The notes under the pieces: generated by a model
The model's database searches: none
What the model was told of the DNA's origin: nothing
What the model saw: the letters and a program-made list of their open reading frames with translations, nothing else
DNA from: Cyanophora paradoxa CCMP329
Taxonomy: Eukaryota; Plantae; Glaucophyta
Assembly: GCA_004431415.1 (NCBI GenBank)
Contig: QPMI01000499.1
Coordinates: 186,001-250,000, forward strand
Direction of reading: 5' to 3'
Length of the DNA stretch: 64,000 nt
In this document: positions 32,367 to 44,977 of the stretch, piece by piece
Layout: each line of letters begins with the position of its first letter
Position numbering within the stretch: position 1 is the first letter of the stretch
Program-made: the position numbers and the translations under genes

Positions 32367-33229
32367 TCAGCGGGGCGTGTAGAGGAAGGCCGCGGCGCTG
32401 GTGGCCGGCCGCACCCGCGCCAGCTCGTCTAGCCGCCGGCTCGCGTACAGCGCGGAGGGCGGCGCCCGCGCCGCCGGCGGGAACGCCGGCGCGGGGCGCG
32501 GGGCCCCGGCCTGGCTTGGAGAACGCTCGCGGGCCGAGCGGGAGCCGCCGGGGGGGCGGAGGGGCCCGGCGGGGGCGGGGGCCAGGGTCGCCCGGCCGCG
32601 GCGAGTGCCGAGGGGGGTGAGGGAGTCGCCGGCGGGGGCGGTGCCCCCCAGGCGAGCACGGGGAACGGCGTACTCCTCGGCTGGGGCGGGGCAGGGGCGG
32701 AGGAGGAAGAGGCGGCGGAGGGGGGGATGGCGCCCGGCGCGCCACCGGCGGGAGGGGGGGCGGATTTGGGGAGCGGGAAGGAGTCGTACGCGTTGCCGGG
32801 GGGCGCGGGGGCGGGCGGCGCGGGGCCCGGGGTACGGCGGACGAGGCCGGGGGGCAGCTCGTAGGGCGGGGGAGCCGTGACGGCGCGAAGGGCGACGAGC
32901 TCCTCCTGCTTGGCCCGGTCCTCCCGCTCGAACCGGTCCCGCCGGAAGTTCGAGCGGTCTGCGGGCCGGGGTGCCGCGGCTGAGAATTCGAAGTGGGATG
33001 AGAAAAGGCTCCTCGCACCTCGCGGAGTGAGCGGCGGCGCAGGCGGAGGCACCGGAATGTCTTCCGAGGCCCACCCCGGCTCGCCGAACCAGCCGACGTT
33101 CCCGGGCCGCGTGACGCCGATCTCGTGCCGCGGACGAGCGGCCTCGCGCTGGCGCCCGCTCTCCTCCTCGCCTCTCCGGCGCCTCGGTCGGTACTTCAGC
33201 ACTATTGCACGGAGCTGGAACTCCGTCAT
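32367..33229 (-). CDS. Host hypothetical protein (spliced)
   Basis: ATG 33229 MTEFQLRAIVLKY; plausible exons ending AAAFLYTPR*. Confidence 0.35.
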
Positions 33230-33591
33230 GTAGCCATGGAGCTGAGGCTGCGAGGCCGATCAGTTTTGCGGTGCGCTAGCGGCGCGAGGCGAGCCAGATC
33301 TAGGCTTCCAGGGAGCATAGGATTGAAGAAAGAGGTATCTAGTCTCTGTAAAACGACCCGAAAAGTCAAACGCCGTCGGGGCCGATCGGCGGGTTGGCGA
33401 AGTTACGAAGCACGGGGCGGGAGTCCAGAACTTGCCCCGCACGGCCCGCGGGCATGTGAATGACATAAGAAAGCAACTAGAGGGGGCGAGGGAAGCTCGT
33501 TGCGGGCTGGAGCCGAGCTGCGGTTGGCAGCGGGGCGAGAAGCGGCCGCACGCCAGCGGCGGCCCACGAAAGATCACGATACGCACGCACC

Positions 33592-36500
33592 ATGGCGCCG
33601 TGTGCTGGGCGGAGCTGCTCGCGCCCGGCTAGCCAACCAGGGACGAAGCGTACGGCGGCCTTGCGAGCTCGAGACGGCTGTACCCTGCCTGGGCTGGCTT
33701 AACAGAGGCGTCGCGGCAGCGGTTACGTGTACTGGCGCGCCTGATGTATTTACACGGTATCCTATCCAGCACGCGCGGCCTGGGCGCGTTCCTAAACGAG
33801 GACGGCGTCGGTCTCTGCTTCTCGATCCGGGATGCGGCGGGGAAGCTCCACGACCGCTTCTTCTTCAACATTGGGCAGGTATGCAAACTTCATAAGCGCG
33901 CGTACGCGCGAGAGCGAGACCCTCCGCCAAGCGCTGAGCGATGGATTCGCGGCTGGAGACTGAGCCGTACGTACACGTCTCCGCGCAGCCGAACCCGAGC
34001 CCCCCGATGCACCCCATACACGTCGACGACCCCGGCGTCTGCGACCGAGTCCGGCTGCATCTCCCGTGCGCCCTGCTCCATCCTCGAGCTCCTGCCTCGC
34101 CCCTCCGCGGTCGCGGCGCCCCGGCGCGAAGCGCTGAGCCGAGAACGCAGGTCGTTCCGACCGTACTACGCGCGCTACGAGCTGCTCGACGGGCGGAATG
34201 AGTTCGAGTGGATCGAGCGGGACGGCCTCTTCCACCTCCGCTGCCGCGCCGCCGACGAGGTCGTGTTCCGCGAGTACGCCGTACTCCCGCCAGCGGGGGG
34301 CGAGCCCGCCCCGGCCCGCTCTGGCAAGGTCCTCTGGGAGAGGCTCGTACCCCCCGACGTCGACGGCCCGCCGCCCCCGCGTGGCTTCTTCGCGTACGGG
34401 GTCCAGTGGGGGGTACCGTACTCTGGAGAGATCCGCCTCGTCGTGTCCCCCTCCCCCCTGCCGGGGTACGCCGCGGCGGGGAGCTCCGGGGCCGGCCCCT
34501 CGTCGTGTCCTCCGGCGCCGCCGGGGCTGGGCCCACCGCCCCGCCTCTGCGAGCCGTGGGCCGTACCCCTCTTCTACAATCTGTGTACCGCCCCCGGATC
34601 GCTCCGGAACCGCCTCTACATAGCCAACTGCAAGAGCTGGGTACCCTTCATGGCCCGCGTCCTCGAGCGGCCCGACCTGGCAGAAGGTACCCGGCGCGCG
34701 TACCCCTACCCCCCTCGCGCCTCTTGAACGGTACCCCCCGCAGGGCCCTACGTGGCGGCCTGGGACGCCTCGCTCTCCGCCGCCGCCCTATCAGAGGAAT
34801 GGCCTGAGCTCTCCGCCCGCTGCCTCCTCTCCGTCCTGGAGGCCCTGCAGGCGCGCGTACCCCCCTCCCCCCCTTTTTGTTTGGTCCGAGAGAGGCCCCG
34901 CGCGCAGCCCGACGGGCGGCTCCCTCAGCTCCAGCAGGGCCGAATGGCGCGCCACGTACCCCTCCGCTCCGCTGTCCACGTACCCCGCTGAACGCCTGTA
35001 CCCCGCAGTACACGAACCGGACGAACCCGCCCGTGTGGTTCGTCGCCGCCGCGCGCCTCCGCGAGCGCCTACCCCCCGCCCTCGGCGACGCCCTGCAGGC
35101 CCGCCCCCGTACCCTCCACCCTTGTTCACGTTCCTTTAAACGTGTACCCCCGCAGGCCGCGCTGCATCCCCTGCTCGTGCGGAACTACGAGTGGTTCAAG
35201 CGCGAGCAGGTGCGCATGCGGCTCTGCACCCGTACCCCTGGGGGCGACCGGCTCCTCGCTGACCTGTACCCCTCCCGTTCCGCTCGCAGGGGAACGGCGA
35301 TTTCACGTACTCGTGGGGCCTCGACAACGAGGACGAGGTCCCCGTACCCCGCTGGTGTCTTTGTACCCCCGCCGACCCTTGCCGCCCACAGGTGGGGCGG
35401 TCTCTCCTCCCCGTGCTCAAGGGCAAGTGGGTGCGACCGCACCCCTCCGGCCCCCTCCCCTCTTCCCTGTACCCCTTCACCCGCTCAGCTGTACCCCCCA
35501 GGCGGCTGTGCTAGAGAGCGGGCTGGACGACAGCCCCATGTACACCGCCGTGCGTGTGTACCCTCGCCGCTCTCCGCACCTTCCGTACCCCGTGATTTTT
35601 GGCTAGCTTGAACTCCGGCCAGGGCGTGGAGATGGCGCCGGGGGGTAGGCTTCTGGACCACGCGTGCGCACCCTGCTCCGGGCCGCCCGTACCCTCCTCC
35701 TCGCGACCGTCGGACCCCCTGGGCAGCTGCGTGGACCTGACCGCTCTGATGGCGTTCGCTTCGGGGTACCTGCGCGACTCGGCCCGGTCCCTGGGGCTCG
35801 ATCCCGCCCCCTTCGAGGCGCGTACCCCCCCTTTCCTTTCCCCTCCGGATCCTACCCCTCCAGCTCCGCTCATGGGCCCTCAGGAGGATGTTAGGAGGCA
35901 CGCGGATGCGCTGAAAGGCTTCCACGACCCCTCCGCGGGCCTCCTGAACGCCTACCGGCGCCTCCCCAACGGTCAGCGGCTGAGCCCGAGTTCCGCTCTC
36001 GCCCTGCTTCCCTGATCGTGAGGAGCGTGCAGGCGGACGCGGCCCCCTGCACCCGGAGCTGACGCCGTGCTCGCTGTACCCCTTGCTCGCCCCGGGGCTC
36101 GACCCCGCGGTCGCGGCCGACCTCCTCCGCCTCGCGAGGCGCGTACCCCCCTCCCATCCCCCCCCCCTTCTCAAGACCCGGGCAGGTCGCCGCACTTTGC
36201 AAGGGCCGCCGGCGACCGCCCCGAGCTGCGGCTGCCCTCCGTCTCGTTCCTCTCCCGCGAGTACAACGGCGACGGCGACTACTGGCGCGGTCCGCTACGT
36301 ATACCCCCTCCCGGCTTCTTACCCCCCCTGAACGCGGCAGAAGGGCGCATCTGGCCGCCGATGGTGTACCTGGCGGGCCTGGGGGTACGCGAGCACGACG
36401 GTGTACTGTACCGCGAGCTCCGGGCGGCGGCGCAGGCGCTCCTAGAGGCGGAGTGGGGCCGCTCGGGCGCATGCCACGAGAACTACAGCGCCGAAACGGG

Positions 36501-36636
36501 GCGGGGGTACCCCCGCCCGGGCACCTTCGCGCGCTCGTGCGCCATGTACAGCTGGGCGGGCCTCCTGGGGGCCCTGCCGCCCCCGAAGGACGAGGCGGCC
36601 GCGGCCCGCGGGCCGGCCGCCGCCCGGCCGCGGTAG
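33592..36636 (+). CDS. Host glycoside hydrolase, GH63/MGH1-like (alpha/alpha)6 barrel, multi-exon
   Basis: Exonic motifs AWDASL, TNPPVW, ESGLDDSPMY, VDLTALM, LPSVS..Y...YWRGP/IWPPMVYL, ENYSAETG, YSWAGLL. Start is approximate. Confidence 0.75.
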
Positions 36637-37739
36637 ACGCGCGCGCAGGGCCGCGCCTTAAGCTTTCAAGTTTAGCCCCTCTTTCCCCACCCCGTTTCAA
36701 TCCGGCGGCCGACCCAGCTCCAGTGATGATCAGATCTAGAGCGCTAGCCCGAGCACAGGCCGCTGGCGTGCACGTGTTAGTTAATTGCAAGGGGGGGGTA
36801 CCCCCTCCCTTGCTCCCTGGCCATGGTGAGTTGGTGCGGCGTACTTTCTGTGTTAGCATTTTTTGTAAGATGCGATTCTTTGCATGCGCTCTCGTATAGG
36901 TGTGATCGCATCGTAGCCGCTGCGAGCGGCGGAAAAAAATGCAGGGATGGGGCTGCGCAAACATGTCGAGGTCGCGCCTCACCTGCTATTAATATTGCTA
37001 TACGCGCCGGACCACGTGCTCCTGATTGCTCTCGATGCGCTCTACAAACTTTGTCATACATGCCCGGGCTCAAGAAGTGGCGTGCGGCGTGCTAGCTTCC
37101 TGTCTCTGGCGTGCGCACCCGGCGTCAAGTGCAGGCACAGACGGGAGCAATTTTAGCAGGGTACTTATGCACTTTTTATTATATATGCTTAAGCCTGCAG
37201 CTAGCGCTGCGCATGCCAGGCCTGGGCCGCCCAGCTAGTAGCCATAGGCCAATTGCAACTTGGGAATTTTTGAAGGCTGCAATTTTTTATACAGTTAGGG
37301 CAACCATATGCATTGGCAGGCTAGACGGCCCAACTTTGCTCAGCTAGCAAGGCGCAAGGGGGAGGAGGAGAGGGATCCGGAGGAGGAGGGCGCGGGGCCA
37401 GCGGCGCCAGTGTACCCCTCGATGGACGTCTGCTTTAATTTCCGGCGCAGTTCCTCCTGCAAGCAGACAATATCGACGTCCGACGGTCGGAGATCTGTAT
37501 AGCAGCTCCGCGCGCTCCGGATCCGCAACCACTCGCATCCCACATCCGGAGCCTGCCAGGCTGCTCCATGGATCCGGAGGGGAAGCCCGTCCCTATATGG
37601 CCAGGCCAAGTGTTGGAAAATATTGACCGCACTGCGGCAATCCCACCAGTGATTCGAATTCATTCGGGTATACTAATATGCACAAATAGACGCTGGACGA
37701 TAAGAAACGCAGCTGCATCTTTTGCGGTCGCGCAAATTT

Positions 37740-40365
37740 AATATGGCTCAACGTACGCCGGGCGGACGGGGGAGCCCGACTCGGCGGCCTCGCGAAGGGC
37801 TGTGATGCGGGGGTGGTCTGGGGGGAAGAGGGCGGGGAACTTGGCGTACTCCTGCGCGCGGGCGGGCGGGCTCGAGGGGCGGGGCGCGGTGGCAGAGGAG
37901 GCGGGCGGACCGCGCGGGCCTCGGCGAAGACGGCGAGGGCCTTCCCCGCCTCCCCGAGGGCGGCGTAGCTGTGGCCCAGCGCGAAGAGGAGGTGCGCGAG
38001 GACCGGCGTGCGCCCACTGCGCCCGCCCCGATCAGACTTCGACGCCGCCGGCGAGCAGCGGGGCCTCGGAGGCTCGAGCTCGGGAGGGGGCGGGGGCGGC
38101 GCGCTTCCAGTCGACGAGGCGGTGGAGGGCGACGGCCACGCGCAGGCTTCTGGCCACGCGCTCGGGCGGCGGCTGATGCGGGGCGATGAGCCCCAGGTAC
38201 ATCCGCGCGAAGAAGTCCCCAGCGGTGCCCCCCATGACCTGCCAGGGCGCCGATCGCTCAGAGACCTCACCGCTCGCGGGGGCGGGGCTGGAATTGCGGG
38301 CGCGGGGGCGCCTCGGGGCGGTCGGCGATGTAGTCGATGGCGGAGCGGTAGAGAAGGATGGCCTCGAGGTAGCGCCCTGCCGGCCCCGCCCCGGCCCCAG
38401 CTCACCGGGTGATTCGAAGGGGACGACGCGCGCCGCGCTGCCCCCGCACCCGTCAGGAAGGCAGCGAACGAGAGCTTCCAGTCGCTGTCGAAGCGGAGCT
38501 CCACCTGGTCCTCGAACTCCTGCGCGAAAACGGTTTTGCATGCGCAGGGAGCTCGCGAAGTTGCGATTGAGCGCGGAAAAGGGCACGGGAGACATGGCCT
38601 CGATGGCGCGGCGGAAGCCGCGCTCGATGGCGGGGAGGGCGTCGCGGTCGCCCCCGGCGCTCATCGCGGCGACGAGGGCGAGCGTCTCGTGGCACGCCCG
38701 CTCGTGCACGGGGTTTGCATGCTCCGCGTCCTTGTACCAGTAGAGCAGCCCCGCGATCTGCCCCCCGCCCCGCGTCCGGCGCGCGCCGCGCCCTCTGACA
38801 TCAGCCGGCGATCGGAGTGGATGGCGGGGAGGGGGCCGGGGGCGGGGCGCGCCCTCTTGACCTCGTCGAGCGGGGCGGCGCTCTGGGCAACGCTGCGGCA
38901 GAGGTACAGGAGGATGCGGGCCTCGATGGGGGACGGGACCAGCCCCGCCCGCCGCACGACGCCCCACCTGCCCGCCCGCCCCGCGCCCGCCCCGACGATC
39001 TCAGTCGCCGCCCGAGCGCGAGCTGGAGGGCGGCCCGGCAGGTGGGCGCACGCTTCGTAGAGCGCGTGGCAGGCCTCCTCGTACCTGGAGACCTGCAGCA
39101 GGCGGTAGCCGGCGGTGCAGAGGGCCTGCGGGGGCGGGGCCCCTTCAGCTCGGCGCTCGGGGCCAAAGGGCGGGCCCCGGGCCCTCGGGGCCGGTGCGGG
39201 GCGCGGGGCGCGCCTCGGCGTAGAGGAGCGGCTCCTCGGCCCTCCTCGGGCGCACCGCCCTCACCGCGAGCTCCGCCAGCTGTGGCCCCCGGCTCCCCGT
39301 CGGGGCGAGGCGAGGGGCGGGGGGCGAGTTCTCAAGGTGGAGGAGGGGCGCCGGGGGGCGAGCGAGGCCTAGGGGGGGATCGCAGGGGGAGGGGCGGGGG
39401 CGTGCGCGCCTCGACGACGCGGGCGCTGGGGACAAGCATGAGGTCCATGACGAGCCTGAAGAAGTCGGGGACGAGGAGGGCCAGCACCTCCCAGCCCCGC
39501 CGGCACGCCTCCGCCACCTCGCCCCTGCCGCCCAGTCGAGGAGACGATTGAGCAGCTGCAGTTCCAGCACAGATAGGCAGAGGCGGGATCGCAGGAGAGA
39601 ATTCGGACGCACGGCGCGTTTCGAACAGCGAATTGAATCCTGCGTGCCAGAAAGTGACCGCCGGAGCCACGGTCGATGATTGCCAGCAAGTAGAGTAAGG
39701 ATAGGGGGCACAGCTCGCGGCATCGCCATGCACGGCGCACCCCCGCGAGGCACTGTCGATGAGGTGGGCGGCGGCGGCGCGCTCGGGGGCGACCGAGCCC
39801 GAGGCGGCGCGGAGGAGGAAGAGGGCGACGCGCAGGCGCCGCCGGCCGGCGCTCGTCCGCACGAAGCGCGAGTCGAGCGCCGGGCCGCTCGCCAGCGCCT
39901 CCTGGAATTCGAAGGCCGAGACCCCGCCGGCGCCCCCTTCGCTTCGTTCGAGCCGCTCGAGAACCTGCCGCCCCGCCGGCCCCAGCCCCGGCCCGCCTGT
40001 GAGAGCCGGCCGCGGACAGGGGCGCTGGCCGCTCGCCCCGGCCGCCCCCATTGATCGAGCGCCCGCGCACGCACCCGCTCAAAAAGGCCCTCCCAGTGCG
40101 CGCGCCCCTCGCTGCTCTCGAAAACGAAGTCGTGCAGCCGCTCCTCGCGATCGGCCGTGGGCTCCGCATCCTCGGCCACACCCGCCGAGAGGAACTCAGC
40201 CCTCCCGCAGCCGGGGCCCGCGTCCGGAGCCGGAGCCGGAGCCGCGGGGGTGACGCATCGACCGGAGCTCGCGGCTGCGGTCGTGCGCGAGGGGCCGGCT
40301 GCGGGGGCGGCGAGCAGCGGCGGCGCCCCGTCGATGCGCCTCAGCAGCTCCTCCGAGGCTTCCAT
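37740..40365 (-). CDS. Host hypothetical alpha-helical protein with C-terminal TPR-like repeat, multi-exon
   Basis: ATG 40365 MEASEELLRRID; several helical exons; LAHLLFALGHSYAALGEAGKALAVFAEA is TPR-like. Confidence 0.45.
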
Positions 40366-43300
40366 GGGGCTGCTGCGCCGCCGCCGCCGCTGCGGGGGCG
40401 GCGGCCCCTCCGATTCGGATTTTAAGCTGAAGGACCCCGAGAGCAGTTTGGCCTGCGCGCGTGGGCGGCGGCCGGGTCCCGGCCGGGCGGTCGGGCCGAG
40501 GCGCGCGCACGTGGCGGGCCGAGCTGCAAAGCGGCCGGCGGACCTTTGAGAAGAGTGACTCGAGCGCCTGGACGGCCAAAGGGACCGGCCACCGGTACCC
40601 CGCGACCTCTGCGCCCGCCCGTGCGCATCTCGCCGACGGCGTGCCGGGGCCGGGCGGCTGCGCGGGGGCGCGGGCAGCGCACCCGATCCGGGCGACGCCG
40701 ACGAGCCCTGCAGCTGCCTGCCGCGAGGAAAAGTTCAATGGGCGGGGGGCGCGCCGCGGTCAGTCGCGACGTCGACCGCCGCGGCCGCGGCTGCAGACTA
40801 GAAGACGGCCGGGGGAGGTGGCGGGGGCGGCGCGGCGCGCACGACTGCTCGACGGTCTTGGCGCCGAGCGTGAGGATGGCGAGCGGGTCCGTTATCGAGT
40901 CGAGCTCGAGGTGCGCCGCTGCAGCCGCCGACCCGGGGCCCTCGATCTCCGCCCCCCGCCCCCACCGCGAGCTGCCCTGCACCGGCGCCGGCGCCTGTGC
41001 CGACGCCTGCGCCCCGGCTGTAGCCGTCGAATTCGAACCGGCCGCCGCGTCCGGAACGGGGAGCCGGATCATGGGATGGGCGCGTAGGCCTGCGGTCCCC
41101 TCCTCGCTTGAGCTCGAGGGGGGCGAGCTGCGGGTGGGGGACGGCGAGGGGCGGGGGTGCCCTGGCGCTGCGCATGCGGCGGCAGTTAAGCTCGGGGGCG
41201 CTGCGCATGCGACGGCCAAGGCCGGAAGCGGCGAGGCCGCGAACTCGAAGGGGGAGGGCCCCCCCCCAGGGGGCATCGCCTGGAGCGGGGGCAAGACGTG
41301 TGATCGCGAGCGGGGGCCGGCGGCGCTGGGCTTCGTCGCGAGCCGCGTGCTGCTGGCGACGAGGAGGGGTACCGCGCCCGGCAGCACCGACTCGCCCGTG
41401 TCCCTGTACACGAGGGAGAGCTGCAGCCGGGCCCCCGCCCCGTAGCCCTGCCGTGCGGCGCCAGGGCGGCGTGAGAGGAGTCGGGCGGGGGCGGCGCCTC
41501 GTGGAACTCGGGGGGGGAGGTGAGGGGGGGGGGGGGGGGGGGGGGCGCCTGCGTGCTGACGTTGACCCCGACGAAGCTATCCGCGAAGCCGTCCGCGCGA
41601 AATGAGAGCTCCACCGCGTGCGCGGGCTCCGGATCCCAGCGCCGCCGCCCGTGGCCAGTCTGCAATTGTATGTTGAAATGCATTCGAAGTGAAATTAAAT
41701 GAGTATGAAGTGACGTTGACCCCACGCGCTCGATCGCGAGGCGCACCAGTCTTGCGTCGATGTTCGCAAATGGAGCCTGCTTGCTAGCAAAGCGCAAAAG
41801 CTGCGGTTCACATGCATGTTAGCACTATATATGCATATGCATATTGCAGCGGGCCTTGGCCAAAGCCCTGGCCTAGGCCTCCTTCTTCCTCCCCCCCTTC
41901 CACCCCATCCGAATTGCAAGTTCCCATTCATCACACCCGGCTCCGCGGGGTGCCGGCCGTCGCACCTTCTTCTTCCCCCCCTCCGCTTCGATCACCGTGT
42001 CTGCGCATGCGCCAGTGATCGTGTTAATAAATCGCGATCGACGCGAAATCGTGGGTAGCCGCTGCGGCGAGGGAGGGCTAGGGCACCGCCGAGCACGATC
42101 GACGCGGAGAGCGCGACCGGCGCTCCGGGACGGGCGAGGTGCGGGGCGGCGAGGCGCGGCCTGCGGTTCGCGACTCATGATCCGTGCACTTCATGCACGC
42201 GCAGCACTTGCAGCTGGGCTGTGCGCTCGCGATCGCACCAGTACTGGCGCTCCACCACGAATCTGTAGACGAGGGCGCCGCCGGCGCTGGCGCTGGCGTC
42301 GACGTCGCAGTCAGGCTCGAGCTCGACGAGCTCCCACATGGCCAAGGTCTGCCGCCATGACATGTACGAGAACGTCATGATCAGCGCATGCCTCATGATC
42401 ATATGCATAGTCGAAATTTTAAACCTATATATAGCTATCGCATTGTAGGCCAAGGAAGACGTGTTCATAAGCAAATTCGCACCCCGGCGGAGGTGAAGAT
42501 GGGCGGCGGCGGCGGCCAGCTAGCGCTGCACGGCATCGGCGCCGACCCGCGGCCGGAGCTCGCGATCGAGCTAGCGCTAGCGCTAGAGCTCGAGATCGGG
42601 AGGCTCTGCAGCTGCACATTTTCGCCGCGCCCCAGCTCTCTGAGCCTGCGCATATGCATATGCATGCGCATGAGAGCACTTCCAGCTCAGCCGCAGGAGC
42701 CGGCGCCGCATCCGCGCGCGGCGCGAGCTATAGGCTTGAGGCGCATGATCATGATTAGCTTATGGAGAAGCTTTAAAAATGAGGTGCGCACTTTCTCGCC
42801 TCGGCGCGCGGAAGCCGTCGGTAGAAGAGGAGGCCGCCGCGCCCGTTGTAGGCGTTCGCGTGGAGACTCGCTTGCAAGGAGCCCGGCCGCGGCCGCGGGG
42901 TCGAATTTGAATCCGCGGCCGGCTGCGGATACGCGCTATTCGCGTACGGGCCTGAGCTCGACGATTGCAAATCCATCTTTAGGCCAGCGATCTTTAGGCG
43001 CTCGACGCGGGGGGAGCATGCGGGCAGCGAACGCGAGCTTAAGCTTGGCCCGGGCGCTTAAGCTTGGCGGAAGTTGGCGCTCAAGCTGGCTAAGCTCATG
43101 ATCGATATCCGATGATCCTGATGATGATCGGATGAGCAGATATCGACCATGGCACGATCTGCCAGGCTGATGAGCTGCCGCTCAGCTGCGCATGCGATGC
43201 GCGTGCGCATGCATACTATGATATGTAGGCCTAATAGCTCAGCGGCTAGGCCTATATAGCTAGGATTGCCGCAGTGCCGGCTGCTGTGCAGAGTCCTGCA

Positions 43301-43883
43301 GTGCAGCCTACCGTACTACACGGTGGGCTGCTGGCAGCCTGCTGCTGCTTTTTTAAATCTAGGGTGAGGGTACCCACTCGTAGTACTCAAACAGGAGACA
43401 ATTGCAACTTGCAAGTACTAGTCAGCCTCGGGTCACCTGGTCGGTGGGTGACCATCACGGTCATGTTGTCTGTCGCCGGTTAACGATGCTTCATTATCAA
43501 TCGCAATCGCAACGGTTTGCTTATTTAACAATCGGTCTTCCAAGTCATTGGCGATGGTTTACATTTCATTGTAAATAAATTAAATAACATAATAATTAAA
43601 GTATTAAACTCTATATATAGCGTATATTTATAATGAAGATTCGCTGAATAATTAACCTTATATATATTAATTATATATATATATGCGTTAGATAATAACC
43701 AGATAATAAATAAATAATAAGTTAAATAATATATTATATAATATTAAAATATACAATAACCAGATAATAAATAAGTAATAAGTTATAATAACCATGTATA
43801 CTGTACCCTCCTCTGCGAACGACAGTGTAGAACAGGTTCGACGTGGACCGGTACCCGTTTCGAGCTCCCTCTTCCCTCTGAAC

Positions 43884-44200
43884 GACCAGTAATAGCTATA
43901 GAATTATATGTAAGTCTGCGCCAGGGTACGAAGGCCTGCCTGCGGCTGGCCTGCTAGCTTTGTAGCGGCTACTACCGGCTAGCTATATAGCCTTCTAGCT
44001 CTATGGCCTTCAAGATCAATCAATTTATGTACCCGAACCTGGTTTGGTGAGCCGAACCTGTTGGCCAGCAATAGCTATTATATTATAGAATTATAAGGCT
44101 GCGCCAGGGTATACGTAGGCCTGCCTGCCGCAGTGCGGCTGGCCTGCCAGCTTTGGAGCGGCTAGCTATTTAGCCTGCTAGCTCTATAGTAGCCTTCAAG
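43884..44200. repeat. Degenerate tandem duplication (~180-bp period)
   Basis: ATAGCTAT..GAATTATA..CTGCGCCAGGGT..AGGCCTGCCTGC..GGCTGGCCTGC..AGCTTTG..GCGGCTA occurs twice. Confidence 0.6.
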
Positions 44201-44264
44201 CCGGCGCCACCCCAGTGTCCCGAGGCCGCACTGCCCCAAGGGCAGGAATGTTTATCGACGTCAC

Positions 44265-44506
44265 CACAGCTCGTTTTTTTCCCTAATCGACTCGACATGC
44301 CCGTTGTATGGGCAAGGGTAGCCGGCGATCGCGATAACTTTTCACCCGGCACAGAACGGCTAGTCGCTGCACAGCATGTTGTAGCCGGCAAGCTAGCGGG
44401 TAGAATGCACAAGCTTGCGCCGGGGAATTCCAAATACCCGAGGAGCGATTTCACTTTAACCGGTTTTTGACCGTGTTGGGTCGACCGGTAAAAAAAACGA
44501 GCTGTG
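44265..44506. mobile_element. MITE with CACAG TIRs and 3-bp TSD (CMC/CACTA-like)
   Basis: TIRs CACAGCTCGTTTTTTT / AAAAAAACGAGCTGTG; CAC flanks both ends. The left end recurs at 53298 and 53988. Confidence 0.8.
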
Positions 44507-44977
44507 CACAGTATCGGGATTCGGGAGCCACGAGGATTCTATGATTCAAAGCTCAACACGGCTTTAGACGGACCAATGCTGGGCCATTAAATATTAATTG
44601 GCCCATTGCTGGCCCCGGAGAAAAAACGCGATCGAGTTTCTGGCAGTGATGGGCACTTTATTAATAAGTACTTATAATATTTTATTAATAACGTATTAAT
44701 AATACGTTATTAGTAAGGTCTTGGAACAGCCATTCTTATTAATAACGTTTATTAGTTTGGGGGGGGGGTACTCGTAGACACACCATTTTTTGCACTCTAG
44801 GACGAATCTTTGCATGCTAGAGCGATGTAAAGCAGTTCTATACACGTCTAGAGACCTTCTGGGCACTTCTGCAGCTTGATATGATGCTCATAAGCTGATC
44901 AGACGGCAGCTCCAGACCATCCAGTACCCCCTTGGTGGCATATTGACCCTTTTATTCGACCCCCAACAGATATAGAG

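Noticed and set aside
25992-43100. Numerous overlapping Arg/Pro/Ala/Gly-rich ORFs
   Set aside because: Expected from very high GC content; the real genes here are spliced and only partly overlap these ORFs.
43560-43800. AT-rich island as a second viral fragment
   Set aside because: Low-complexity, non-coding, with only a short local duplication.
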